From positions 75,030 to 139,029 of the forward strand of contig CAWHFA010000001.1 in NCBI GenBank assembly GCA_963828635.1: a stretch of DNA of 64,000 nucleotides, in the 5' to 3' direction. Below, piece by piece: positions 9,594 to 17,762 of this stretch (position 1 is the stretch's first letter; every line of letters starts with the position of its first letter). This DNA is from an uncultured Acidobacteriaceae bacterium (GTDB lineage Bacteria; Acidobacteriota; Terriglobia; Terriglobales; Acidobacteriaceae). The notes beneath the pieces are model-generated. The model was not told the DNA's origin and ran no database searches. It worked only from the letters and a program-made list of their open reading frames with translations. Made by a program: the position numbers and the translations under genes.

Positions 9594-10967
9594 ATGAAGA
9601 TCTGCGTACTGGGTCTGGATTGCGCGGCGCCTGAAATCGTTTTTGGGGACGAGCGCTTGGTGAATCTGCGACGTCTGATGTCCGCCGGAACTTATGGAAG
9701 GCTAGAGAGCGTCATCCCTCCGATCACCGTTCCCGCGTGGATGTGCATGAGTACGAGTCAGGACCCTGGTTCACTTGGGGTTTACGGCTTCCGCAACCGG
9801 GTTGATCATTCGTATGACAAACTGAGCTTCGCAAATTCCGCATCGATCAAAACTCCAGCAATTTGGGATTATCTAGCACGGCAGGGAAAGAAATCCATCA
9901 TCGTCGGCGTGCCTCCGAATTTTCCCCCGCGGCGCGTGAACGGAATCAGCGTTGGATGCTTTCTGACGCCGGATACGGTCAAGAACGAATTCACCTATCC
10001 GCCAAACATGAAAGCAAAAATCAATGCTTTAGTTGGGGAGTATCCCACGGACGTGAAGAATTTTCGGACTGACAAGAAGGATTGGCTCAAAGAAGAAATT
10101 CTCGCTATGAGTCGGAAGCAGTGGCAGGTCGTGAAGTGGTTGTTGAAAGAAAACGAGTGGGACTACTTCCATTTCGTAGACATAGGGCTCGACCGAATGC
10201 ATCATGGCTTCTGGAATTATTACGATCCCAAGCATCTACAGTTTGAGCCGGGCAATCCATATCAAGACGCCATCCCTGAATATTATCGTTGGCTCGATCA
10301 ACAAATTGGCGAAGTGCTTGAGCTGCTCGATGAAGAAACGATTGTTTTAATTGTTTCCGATCATGGCGCGCAACGACTGGATGGGGGATTTGCGATCAAC
10401 GAATGGCTCATTCGCGAAGGGCTGCTGGTGTTGGATGAGTATCCAACGACTTTGACGCCGCTTGAAAAGCTGAGGGTGAACTGGAGCAAGACGAAGGTCT
10501 GGAGCGAAGGGGGATACTACGCGCGGGTTTTTTTTAACGTGCAGGGCCGTGAGCCTCAGGGAATCGTTGGTCCTGGCGACTACGAAAGCTTTCAGAATCA
10601 AATCAAAGAGAAACTCGAAGCGTTGCCAGACGACAAAGGCGAAGCGATGAAGTCTCTAGTTTTTAAGCCCAAGGAGCTTTACCGCGAAGTGAAGAATGTG
10701 GCCCCCGATTTGATCGTGCACTTTGGCGACCTCTTCTGGCGGTCGATTGGAACCGTGGGGCACGGCAAATTACATATCCAGGAAAACGACACCGGACCTG
10801 ACGCGTGCAATCATGCACAGTATGGAATGTTCATTCTTTCGGCTCCGAACCTCGCGCTCCGAGGGGAGTATCAAGGGGCCCGATTGCTCGACATCGCTCC
10901 AACGCTGATGGAGATGGCCGGCTACGAAATACCGAGCGCCATGCAAGGACACACGATGGTGCGGTGA
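9594..10967 (+). CDS. Alkaline-phosphatase-superfamily enzyme (type I phosphodiesterase / nucleotide pyrophosphatase family)
   Basis: 457 aa. 'MKICVLGLDCAAPE', 'TVPAWMCMSTSQDPGSLGVYGF', 'LIVSDHG' and 'DTGPDACNH' fit the metal-binding core of this superfamily. Confidence 0.7.
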   Translation: MKICVLGLDCAAPEIVFGDERLVNLRRLMSAGTYGRLESVIPPITVPAWMCMSTSQDPGSLGVYGFRNRVDHSYDKLSFANSASIKTPAIWDYLARQGKKSIIVGVPPNFPPRRVNGISVGCFLTPDTVKNEFTYPPNMKAKINALVGEYPTDVKNFRTDKKDWLKEEILAMSRKQWQVVKWLLKENEWDYFHFVDIGLDRMHHGFWNYYDPKHLQFEPGNPYQDAIPEYYRWLDQQIGEVLELLDEETIVLIVSDHGAQRLDGGFAINEWLIREGLLVLDEYPTTLTPLEKLRVNWSKTKVWSEGGYYARVFFNVQGREPQGIVGPGDYESFQNQIKEKLEALPDDKGEAMKSLVFKPKELYREVKNVAPDLIVHFGDLFWRSIGTVGHGKLHIQENDTGPDACNHAQYGMFILSAPNLALRGEYQGARLLDIAPTLMEMAGYEIPSAMQGHTMVR

Positions 10968-11055
10968 GAAAGCGCGGGATTTTTTGAACTGCGCAAGTCA
11001 GATGCGACGAGTACCGACCATTGCCGCGGGGCTACCAGGATATTGGTCTTTGCGA

Positions 11056-12696
11056 TCAATCTTGCGGTGGTTTCTTTTTCTTCCCAAACAATCCGCCCAG
11101 CGCGTCCACCACTGATCCGGCATTCTGTCCGCCGACGTTCTGACCGGCTAATCCCCCGAGCCTTGATTTAAGCTGGCCGCTTAACATGCCTTGCACGTCA
11201 GGAACGAATTTGGGATTGGAACTTGTGCCTTCGATCATGAAAGGGAGGGTGGCGCCTTTGCCGCCCATTCCGGCAAGTTGGGTGAGTCCGGTCACGACGC
11301 CGCCATTCAGCGCGGCATTCATTTTGTAATCGAGTGCGTCGGATGGGCTTACGGTGCCGTTGCCGGTAATTACTCCGAACGACGGGACGTTCAAGTTTAT
11401 GTTGTTGGTGGTGGTGCCTGCGGGGGCCATGCGCACGTCGGCGCTGAAATTCTGGATTAGGGTGTCCTGACCTTGAGGCGCGCCGGTCAATTTCGAAACT
11501 TCGGACAGCTTGGAAGCAAAATTAAATCCCTGAAGCTTGGTGTTCGAAATCCGCACCGGGCCTGCAATCACGAGTTTCTCGAGAGGTCCAGCGACGGTGA
11601 AGTTGGCATTTAGAGTGCCGCCTTGCAACGAAGAGCCGGAGGGGAGATTCACGCCGAGCGCGGGAAGCAGGGTTTCAAGATCGTCGATCGGCAAGCCATC
11701 GCCATTTACGCGCATGTCGATGATGGTCGATTCCCCCTTCATCTCGAACGAGCCCGCGATTCGCGCCAGGGCTTTTCCGTAGGCAACATCGGAGGAAACT
11801 AGTTGTCCGGCCTGCTTTTGCAATTGATAGGTGGCGTCGTATTTTAGATCTACGGCTCGCGGGGCGGGCTTGCCTTTGGGAGATAGCTTGAGGCTGGTGG
11901 CTTGTGCCGTTCCGGTGGAACGAACTTCATGACCGTCGGAGGTGAAGTTTCCGTTGAAATCGGACTTGCCGGAAATACCTGATTCCGGCGGCATGAATCC
12001 CGAGGCTGCAAGGTCAAGATCTTTAATTGCGATGGAAGCTTGGACGGGCGTGACAGCAGCGTCGTTGGCGTCCACCGGCCCGGCTTTTCCGTCGAGCTTC
12101 AGCGACCCGTTGCCGGGCAAAGTGGCGGAGAGCTTGAACGGGAATTGGGAGGTCAAGGAAAAATTATCAACCGTAACGTCGACGTTTCGATAGACCGTAG
12201 GCTTGGCTGAAGCGCCTGACGTGCCCATGCTAAGCATGCCGTTTTTAACGGAGAGCTTCTCGACCGAAAGATTGGGATTTGAGCTTGAAGATTGGGCAGG
12301 CTTCGCATTCTTGTTTCCCAGGGTTGAGAAGTTCCATTTTCCTGAATTTGACCGAAGCAAAATTACCTGGGGTTCATTCAACGCAATGTTTGTAATTTGT
12401 AGTTGCTTAGAAAAAATGAGGGGCATCATGTGCACGCCTACATCGAGGGCCTTGGCGCGAACGAATGGGGTCCGGCTGAAGTCGGGGTCGTCTGCGATGG
12501 AGAGATCGTCGGCGGAGACGCTGCCGCTCAAAATGGAAAGCTTTAAGTTGCCGACCTTGACCTCGCGTCCCAGTGCGGTGGACAGTTCACTCTCGATTCG
12601 CGGCCGAAAATCATTCACGTTGATCACGAAGGGAAGCGCGATGGTGATGACCAAGAGCAAGGCGATAACTATTCCGATTATTTTTAGCGCTTTCAT
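11056..12696 (-). CDS. AsmA-family outer-membrane biogenesis protein
   Basis: 546 aa. It has the N-terminal anchor 'KIIGIVIALLLVITIALPFVINVNDFRPRIESELSTALGREVKVGNLKLS', the typical AsmA start. A long beta-rich body and a basic tail follow. Confidence 0.7.
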   Translation of the reverse strand: MKALKIIGIVIALLLVITIALPFVINVNDFRPRIESELSTALGREVKVGNLKLSILSGSVSADDLSIADDPDFSRTPFVRAKALDVGVHMMPLIFSKQLQITNIALNEPQVILLRSNSGKWNFSTLGNKNAKPAQSSSSNPNLSVEKLSVKNGMLSMGTSGASAKPTVYRNVDVTVDNFSLTSQFPFKLSATLPGNGSLKLDGKAGPVDANDAAVTPVQASIAIKDLDLAASGFMPPESGISGKSDFNGNFTSDGHEVRSTGTAQATSLKLSPKGKPAPRAVDLKYDATYQLQKQAGQLVSSDVAYGKALARIAGSFEMKGESTIIDMRVNGDGLPIDDLETLLPALGVNLPSGSSLQGGTLNANFTVAGPLEKLVIAGPVRISNTKLQGFNFASKLSEVSKLTGAPQGQDTLIQNFSADVRMAPAGTTTNNINLNVPSFGVITGNGTVSPSDALDYKMNAALNGGVVTGLTQLAGMGGKGATLPFMIEGTSSNPKFVPDVQGMLSGQLKSRLGGLAGQNVGGQNAGSVVDALGGLFGKKKKPPQD

Positions 12697-12766
12697 GAAG
12701 ACCTCCGTGATGTGGCGAAAAGTGATCCTTGGATGACTGATGGTGCTTATGAGTGGTCTACCTTAT

Positions 12767-13966
12767 TTATACGACTTCAGCGTGCTCGCGGGCAGGTACG
12801 CCGGCAAAAGCTTGTTCTAAGTCCGCGATGAGATCGTCGGCGTGTTCGATGCCGACGGAGAGACGAATCATCTGCTCAGTGATCCCCATTTTGCGGCGGT
12901 GTTCGGCGGAGATCATAGAGTGAGAAGTCAGAACCGGAATGCTGAGCAGGGATTCAACGCCACCTAGACTTGGAGCCAGGGTGAATAGGCTCAGGGATTC
13001 GGAAAGTTTTCGCGCGTCTGCTCCTGTACCGTCTATCTCAAAACTTAGGACCCCTCCGCCGCCTTGCAACATTTCCATTGCCAGAGCGCGTTGGGGATGG
13101 GTTTCGGCGAAAGGATAGTAAACCCGCTTCACCCGGGGGTTACCTGCAAGATAGTTGGCGATTCGCAGAGCATTGTCGTTTTGCCGCTGCACACGTACGG
13201 CAAGGGTCTTGAGGCCGCGAAGCAGCAACCATGCGGCGTGGGGATCCATGTTGCCCCCAAGCGTGGTGCGAGTGGAACGAATGGTCTCGATGAGGTGCTT
13301 GCGGCCAGCGATTGCGCCGCAAATGACGTCGGAATGCCCGGCGAAATATTTCGTGCCGGAGTGCACCACTAAATCGATGCCGAATTCTGCGGGACGGCAA
13401 TTGATGGGCGTGGCGAAGGTGCTGTCGACCATGGTGATAAGGCCGTGCCGCTTTGCCAGGGCGGAGACCTCGCGCAGGTCCACGATTTTAAGGGTGGGAT
13501 TGGTGGGCGATTCGACATATAGCAATTTCGTGTTGGGGCGAATCGCGTGCGCGTGGCTCTCGTAGTCTGTGGTGTCTACGAAGGTTGTTTCGATTCCCAG
13601 ATTAGACAGCCACGAAGTGAAAAACTTGGTTGTGCCGCCGTAAATATCCTGCTGCGCGACGATATGGTCGCCACTTTTGACCAGCGCAAGGATGCTGGTG
13701 GTAATGGCGTTCATGCCAGAAGAAAAAAGCAATGCTGCCTCTGCGCTTTCGAGCCCGGCAATTGCGTTCTCAGCAACTGTATTGGTAGGGTTCCCGTAGC
13801 GCGTGTAAAACATGTCGGTCGGCGTTGCGGCGATCTGTTCATCGTTGTCAGTGACCTCAAAAGTCGAGGTCTGATAGATGGGCGTGCCTACCGGACCATG
13901 TTTTTTGGCGAGATCGACGCCTCCGCGGGCGGCTAATGTTTCGGGACGACGAGGGCTTTTGGTCAT
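12767..13966 (-). CDS. PLP-dependent trans-sulfuration enzyme (cystathionine gamma-synthase / beta-lyase / methionine gamma-lyase family)
   Basis: 399 aa. 'YTRYGNPT' and the PLP-lysine motif 'HSGTKYFAGHSDVICG' are characteristic of the Cys/Met-metabolism PLP family. Confidence 0.85.
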   Translation of the reverse strand: MTKSPRRPETLAARGGVDLAKKHGPVGTPIYQTSTFEVTDNDEQIAATPTDMFYTRYGNPTNTVAENAIAGLESAEAALLFSSGMNAITTSILALVKSGDHIVAQQDIYGGTTKFFTSWLSNLGIETTFVDTTDYESHAHAIRPNTKLLYVESPTNPTLKIVDLREVSALAKRHGLITMVDSTFATPINCRPAEFGIDLVVHSGTKYFAGHSDVICGAIAGRKHLIETIRSTRTTLGGNMDPHAAWLLLRGLKTLAVRVQRQNDNALRIANYLAGNPRVKRVYYPFAETHPQRALAMEMLQGGGGVLSFEIDGTGADARKLSESLSLFTLAPSLGGVESLLSIPVLTSHSMISAEHRRKMGITEQMIRLSVGIEHADDLIADLEQAFAGVPAREHAEVV

Positions 13967-14161
13967 GGGAATGAACCTGTGTCAATCGGGATCGAGTAAC
14001 AATGACATATAAAGACTATCTTCGGCTGTTGGATGGAGCAAGGGCTGCGGATTCTTGCTGGTTGCAGATTGGTCCCCAGGTTGGTGTGGGTTGCTGCCAA
14101 CGTCTGATATTCTGATTTACCCCGTAAAAGTTCGGCAATTGCGTATCCATACTTCGTACCA

Positions 14162-15550
14162 ATGAACAATCCAATTATTTCCGAGATAACGGGCGCTTGT
14201 GAAGCCGAGCGCACCGTTAAGGAGTCTTCGCAGTTGAGGTGCATCGGATGCTCGAGAATCGAGACTTCGCCCACGAGAAATTTACGTTGTTCGGATTGCG
14301 ACGATTTATTGGAAGTTATTTATCCGGACATTGAAAATGGAGCGATAAGTATTTCGACATCGAAATTGAAGTCCCTATGGCTGGAAAGGCGGATGTCGCG
14401 CAAGCCGCTTGACGAGAGTGGAGTGTGGCGATTTCGGGAACTGCTTCCGGGCATCGGTGAACAGAATGTGGTGACACTGCGTGAAGGAAATACTCCCCTT
14501 TACTCCATGCCGCAATGCGCAGCTAAAGCAGGAGTGCAAATTCTTTTCGGCAAACATCAGGGGATGAATCCTACCGGTTCTTTCAAAGATACGGGGATGA
14601 CCGTGGCGGCCTCGGTTGCGCGACAGGAAGGATATCGTTGGGTGGCGTGCGCCTCGACGGGGAACACTTCTGCGTCGATGGCGGCGTATGCCTCGCGGGG
14701 CGGCATGCGGAGTCTGGTGCTGATTCCGGATGGACAGATTTCCTGGAGCAAGCTGGCGCAGGCATTGGATTACGGAGCAGTCACCTGCCAACTAAAAACC
14801 GATTTTGATGGCTGCATGAAAGTCTTGAATGAAGTTGTGTTGCATGCTCCGGTCTATCTTCTTAATTCGATCAATCCCTATCGGTTGGAAGGGCAGAAGA
14901 CGGCTGCCATCGAATTACTCGAGCAATTGGATTGGCAATGCCCCGATCACGTAATTGTGCCGGGAGGGAACCTGGCCAACTCCTCGGCGTTGGGAAAGGC
15001 TTTTCTGGAAATGAAGCAGCTGGGATTCATAACAAGCCTGCCGAAAATATCCATTATTCAGGCGGAGGGAGCGAATCCACTGGTACGCACAATGCTGGAA
15101 GCCGCGGGGGAGAAGTTGGTTGCGGTGCGAGCGGACACTATGGCGACGGCGATCCGCATTGGCAATCCGGCATCGTGGAAGAAGGCGGTGCGCGTGCTGG
15201 CGGCTACGGGAGGAACTGTCGAGCAGGTAAGTGAAGTGGAAATTGCCGTTGCAAAAGCGGAGATCGGCTCTGAGGGAATTGGGTGCGAGCCAGCATCGGC
15301 GGTAACGCTGGCGGGTGTCAAGAAACTAGTTCAACGGGGATTCGTGATGGCGCAGGAGACAGTTGTATTAATTCTTACGGGACATTTGTTGAAAGATCCC
15401 GACTTTACTTTGAAATTCCATCGCGGCGATCTGTTTCCGGGGGTGAAGGAGGAACAGCGTAGCCAGATGATTTCGCAACAGCGGGCCCCTATTGTTCTTG
15501 AACCTAGTGCGGGGGCAGTACTTAAAGTTTTGGAAAAAGCGGGCATCTAG
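14162..15550 (+). CDS. thrC: Threonine synthase
   Basis: 462 aa with an N-terminal Cys-rich ribbon 'LRCIGCS...LRCSDCDDLLEV'. The PLP site is 'GMNPTGSFKDTGM'. It lies directly upstream of homoserine kinase. Confidence 0.9.
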   Translation: MNNPIISEITGACEAERTVKESSQLRCIGCSRIETSPTRNLRCSDCDDLLEVIYPDIENGAISISTSKLKSLWLERRMSRKPLDESGVWRFRELLPGIGEQNVVTLREGNTPLYSMPQCAAKAGVQILFGKHQGMNPTGSFKDTGMTVAASVARQEGYRWVACASTGNTSASMAAYASRGGMRSLVLIPDGQISWSKLAQALDYGAVTCQLKTDFDGCMKVLNEVVLHAPVYLLNSINPYRLEGQKTAAIELLEQLDWQCPDHVIVPGGNLANSSALGKAFLEMKQLGFITSLPKISIIQAEGANPLVRTMLEAAGEKLVAVRADTMATAIRIGNPASWKKAVRVLAATGGTVEQVSEVEIAVAKAEIGSEGIGCEPASAVTLAGVKKLVQRGFVMAQETVVLILTGHLLKDPDFTLKFHRGDLFPGVKEEQRSQMISQQRAPIVLEPSAGAVLKVLEKAGI

Positions 15551-15577
15551 AATTCTAAGGCTGGCCACGATTAATAA

Positions 15578-16546
15578 ATGACGATCAAGACACGAGCCAA
15601 GAAACGTCCGTCTCCCGTTCGTAGTTCAAGTCGTCTTCCGTTCGAGATTGTGCTTCCGGCCACATCGGCAAATCTCGGCCCGGCATTTGACGCTGGAGCC
15701 ATTGCTTTAAATCTTTTTTTACGGGTGCGAGCAACAGTCTCAAGAGACTATTCGATCACCGCCGCAGGCCGCGATGAAGACATTTGCGGCCGCCTCGAAA
15801 ACAATTTGATTGTCGAGACTTATCAAAGTGTTTTGCGCAGCCAAGGAAAAGCGGATTCAGCGATTGCGGTGCGGGTTGAGAATGGCATTCCAATCGGAAA
15901 GGGGTGCGGGTCGTCCGCAGCCGCTCGACTCGCCGGCATAGCTTTAGCGGTACATTTTGGAAAACTCTCCTGGGACGGTGATCGCGTTCTGGCAGAGGCG
16001 TCCCGGCTCGAACATCATGCGGACAACGCGGCGGCCTGTTGGCTGGGAGGCTTGACGGTCGCGCGCATGGCAAACGCCTCCTCAGCGCAAGCGGTTCGGC
16101 TCAACGTAAAAGGGAAGTGGCCCCTGCTGCTGGCGATTCCAGAAAAAAGTCTTTCCACGGAGAAGGCCCGATTGGCATTACCGGCGCAATATGGCCGTGA
16201 AGACGTTGTCGCCAACATTCAGAATGCAATGTTTCTGCTGGCGGCGCTGACGCAAGGAAATAGTGGGTTACTTTCGGCGGCACTGGAAGATCGCATTCAC
16301 CAACCTTACCGAGCAGCACTGTGTCCGCTGCTGCCGGCGCTGCAACAACTGCACGCCGCACCAGGAATTTTAGGGGTGGCTTTGAGCGGAGCGGGGCCCT
16401 CGGTGCTGATTTTTGTGGATCCCGGGACGGGGATCGCCGGGGTGAAAACGCGAATCGAGACCCACCTTCGTGAAGCCGGATTGTCCGCTGAAATCGTAGC
16501 CGCTGCGATCACGACTCGCGGTGGCAATTCCCTCCTGCCGCGTTAG
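15578..16546 (+). CDS. thrB: Homoserine kinase (GHMP kinase)
   Basis: 322 aa. It has 'VLPATSANLGPAFD' and the GHMP motif 'IPIGKGCGSSAAA'. It is adjacent to thrC. Confidence 0.85.
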   Translation: MTIKTRAKKRPSPVRSSSRLPFEIVLPATSANLGPAFDAGAIALNLFLRVRATVSRDYSITAAGRDEDICGRLENNLIVETYQSVLRSQGKADSAIAVRVENGIPIGKGCGSSAAARLAGIALAVHFGKLSWDGDRVLAEASRLEHHADNAAACWLGGLTVARMANASSAQAVRLNVKGKWPLLLAIPEKSLSTEKARLALPAQYGREDVVANIQNAMFLLAALTQGNSGLLSAALEDRIHQPYRAALCPLLPALQQLHAAPGILGVALSGAGPSVLIFVDPGTGIAGVKTRIETHLREAGLSAEIVAAAITTRGGNSLLPR

Positions 16547-16604
16547 CGGCATTTAGTCCACGGCTATTCTCCTTGCCATTTCCGAAATGTATTTATGCTA
16601 GTAC

Positions 16605-16640
16605 GGGACATGGTACCTATGTACCGTGGTACCATGTTCC
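16605..16640 (+). promoter_or_regulatory. Candidate operator: 13-bp imperfect inverted repeat containing three GTACC motifs at exact 8-bp phasing
   Basis: 'gggacatggtacc' (16605-16617) and 'ggtaccatgttcc' (16628-16640) match at 12 of 13 positions as inverted repeats. GTACC starts at 16613, 16621 and 16629. The repeat ends 1 nt before the ATG at 16642. A TTGCCA -35-like hexamer sits at 16573-16578. Confidence 0.45.
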
Positions 16641-16641
16641 A

Positions 16642-16935
16642 ATGACCAGCGACGGGCGGGTAATTGAGCGAGTACAAACTGGGGTCCGCATGGAGAAGCG
16701 GATACTGAAAGTGCTGAAGGCTTTCGCGGACCTTCATGACATGACGCTAGGGGATTTGCTCGAAGGAATCGTGCTGCACACGTTTGATGGCAAGTGCGCT
16801 CTTAATAAGGAGAGCTTGCAGCGCATTAAGGAGTTGAAGAAGTTTTACGGCTTGGAGTTGGATTCGCGCGCTAGCCATCAATTGACCGAAATCCCGAGAC
16901 CTACGCAATCAAAGAAGAGGGGAGGCTCCGCATGA
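16642..16935 (+). CDS. Small putative ribbon-helix-helix-like DNA-binding protein (hypothetical)
   Basis: The ORF track gives 16573..16935. I prefer the ATG at 16642 because the upstream codons overlap the palindrome and promoter. 'TGVRMEKRILKVLKAFADLHDMTLGDLLEGIVLH' has a strand-helix-helix pattern, which is inference only. Confidence 0.45.
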   Translation: MTSDGRVIERVQTGVRMEKRILKVLKAFADLHDMTLGDLLEGIVLHTFDGKCALNKESLQRIKELKKFYGLELDSRASHQLTEIPRPTQSKKRGGSA

Positions 16936-17111
16936 AAACACATCTAAGAAATCATTCCGTTTTGTGGTTGCGCTGGACGCTTGGCATTGTTGTGCTTCTC
17001 GAATCGATTCACGTCACATTTTCGGCGGGCACGGTGAACCTTTTAATTTATACGAGCGCGGTATGGGCATGCGTCGTAGCCGGCGCGACTAAAGAGTTCG
17101 CCGGGGAGTGA
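16932..17111 (+). CDS. 59-codon putative membrane peptide (below the ORF-track size cutoff)
   Basis: The ATG overlaps the upstream stop (ATGA at 16932-16935). The translation is 'MKTHLRNHSVLWLRWTLGIVVLLESIHVTFSAGTVNLLIYTSAVWACVVAGATKEFAGE', with two hydrophobic segments. Its stop lies 3 nt before the next ATG. Confidence 0.35.
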   Translation: MKTHLRNHSVLWLRWTLGIVVLLESIHVTFSAGTVNLLIYTSAVWACVVAGATKEFAGE

Positions 17112-17114
17112 TCC

Positions 17115-17576
17115 ATGACGGATGACGAATTCATTGCGGGGCTGGAGAATTGCACGCTTGCTGAGGAACAGTTTCATCATCCAGAGCACGTGAAGATGGC
17201 TTTTATTTACCTTCACCGGTACCCGGCGCTGGAGGCCTTGCAACACTTTTCAAATTCACTAGCAAAGTTCGCGGCGTCCATGGGCAAGGCAGAGCGCTAT
17301 CACGAAACCATTACCTGGGCGTTCTTCTTCTTAATACGCGAACGCGTGGCCCGGGCGCCGACGGTGCTGGCTTGGAATGACTTCGCTGGCGCCAACCCGG
17401 ACCTGTTGGATTGGGGGAACAATATTTTGAAAAGATATTATCGTGATGAAATTTTGTCCTCCGACTTTGCCAGAAGGACGTTTGTGTTCCCGGACAAGTG
17501 CGCGCTCATCGTCGAAAACAATGCCGGGGGGCTGAGTGTGGATTGGTTTTCCGACGTCCCCGAGCGTAGTGCGTAG
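17115..17576 (+). CDS. Hypothetical helical protein, 153 aa
   Basis: Intact ORF tightly packed behind the two small genes. I recognise no catalytic motif in 'FHHPEHVKMAFIYLHRYP...ERYHETITWAFFFLIRER'. Confidence 0.55.
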   Translation: MTDDEFIAGLENCTLAEEQFHHPEHVKMAFIYLHRYPALEALQHFSNSLAKFAASMGKAERYHETITWAFFFLIRERVARAPTVLAWNDFAGANPDLLDWGNNILKRYYRDEILSSDFARRTFVFPDKCALIVENNAGGLSVDWFSDVPERSA

Positions 17577-17605
17577 CTCCTTCGCTATGCTCAGGATGAC
17601 AAAAA
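17577..17605. repeat. Short dispersed intergenic repeat, copy 2 ('ctccttcgctatgctcaggatgacaaaaa')
   Basis: Starts immediately after the stop at 17576. See copies at 9561 and 27586. Confidence 0.6.
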
Positions 17606-17726
17606 TGGGGTAGTTTCGAACCGAAACGACTTACTGAAAGCGCAGCGACTACTCATTTCCAGCCATTTAGAGAATCTCTTTTTGCTCTGTCCTTTCCCCC
17701 ACGTGACTAAAGGAACTCTCGGGCGT

Positions 17727-17756
17727 TTGACGGTTGTCCCCTGATGTACTTACACT
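17727..17756 (+). promoter_or_regulatory. Candidate sigma70-type promoter of tig (TTGACG-N18-TACACT)
   Basis: The -35 TTGACG is at 17727-17732 and the -10 TACACT at 17751-17756. The -10 ends 6 nt before the GTG start at 17763. No Shine-Dalgarno sequence is visible, so the transcript may be leaderless or nearly so. Confidence 0.3.
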
Positions 17757-17762
17757 CCAAAT

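Noticed and set aside
10968-11055. Possible bidirectional terminator between the convergent phosphodiesterase and AsmA genes, based on a T-run 'gggattttttg'
   Set aside because: The stem preceding the T-run is only about 3 bp, which is not convincing by eye.
13967-14161. Possible SAM riboswitch in the divergent spacer between the trans-sulfuration gene and thrC. The minus strand contains 'GGCAGCAACC' and 'GGGGACCAATCTGCA', vaguely like S-box P2/P4 elements.
   Set aside because: The S-box core ('GAGGGA...GGCCC...AUGA') is absent, and I cannot draw the four-way junction. It needs an Rfam covariance search (RF00162, RF00634, RF01725) before any claim.
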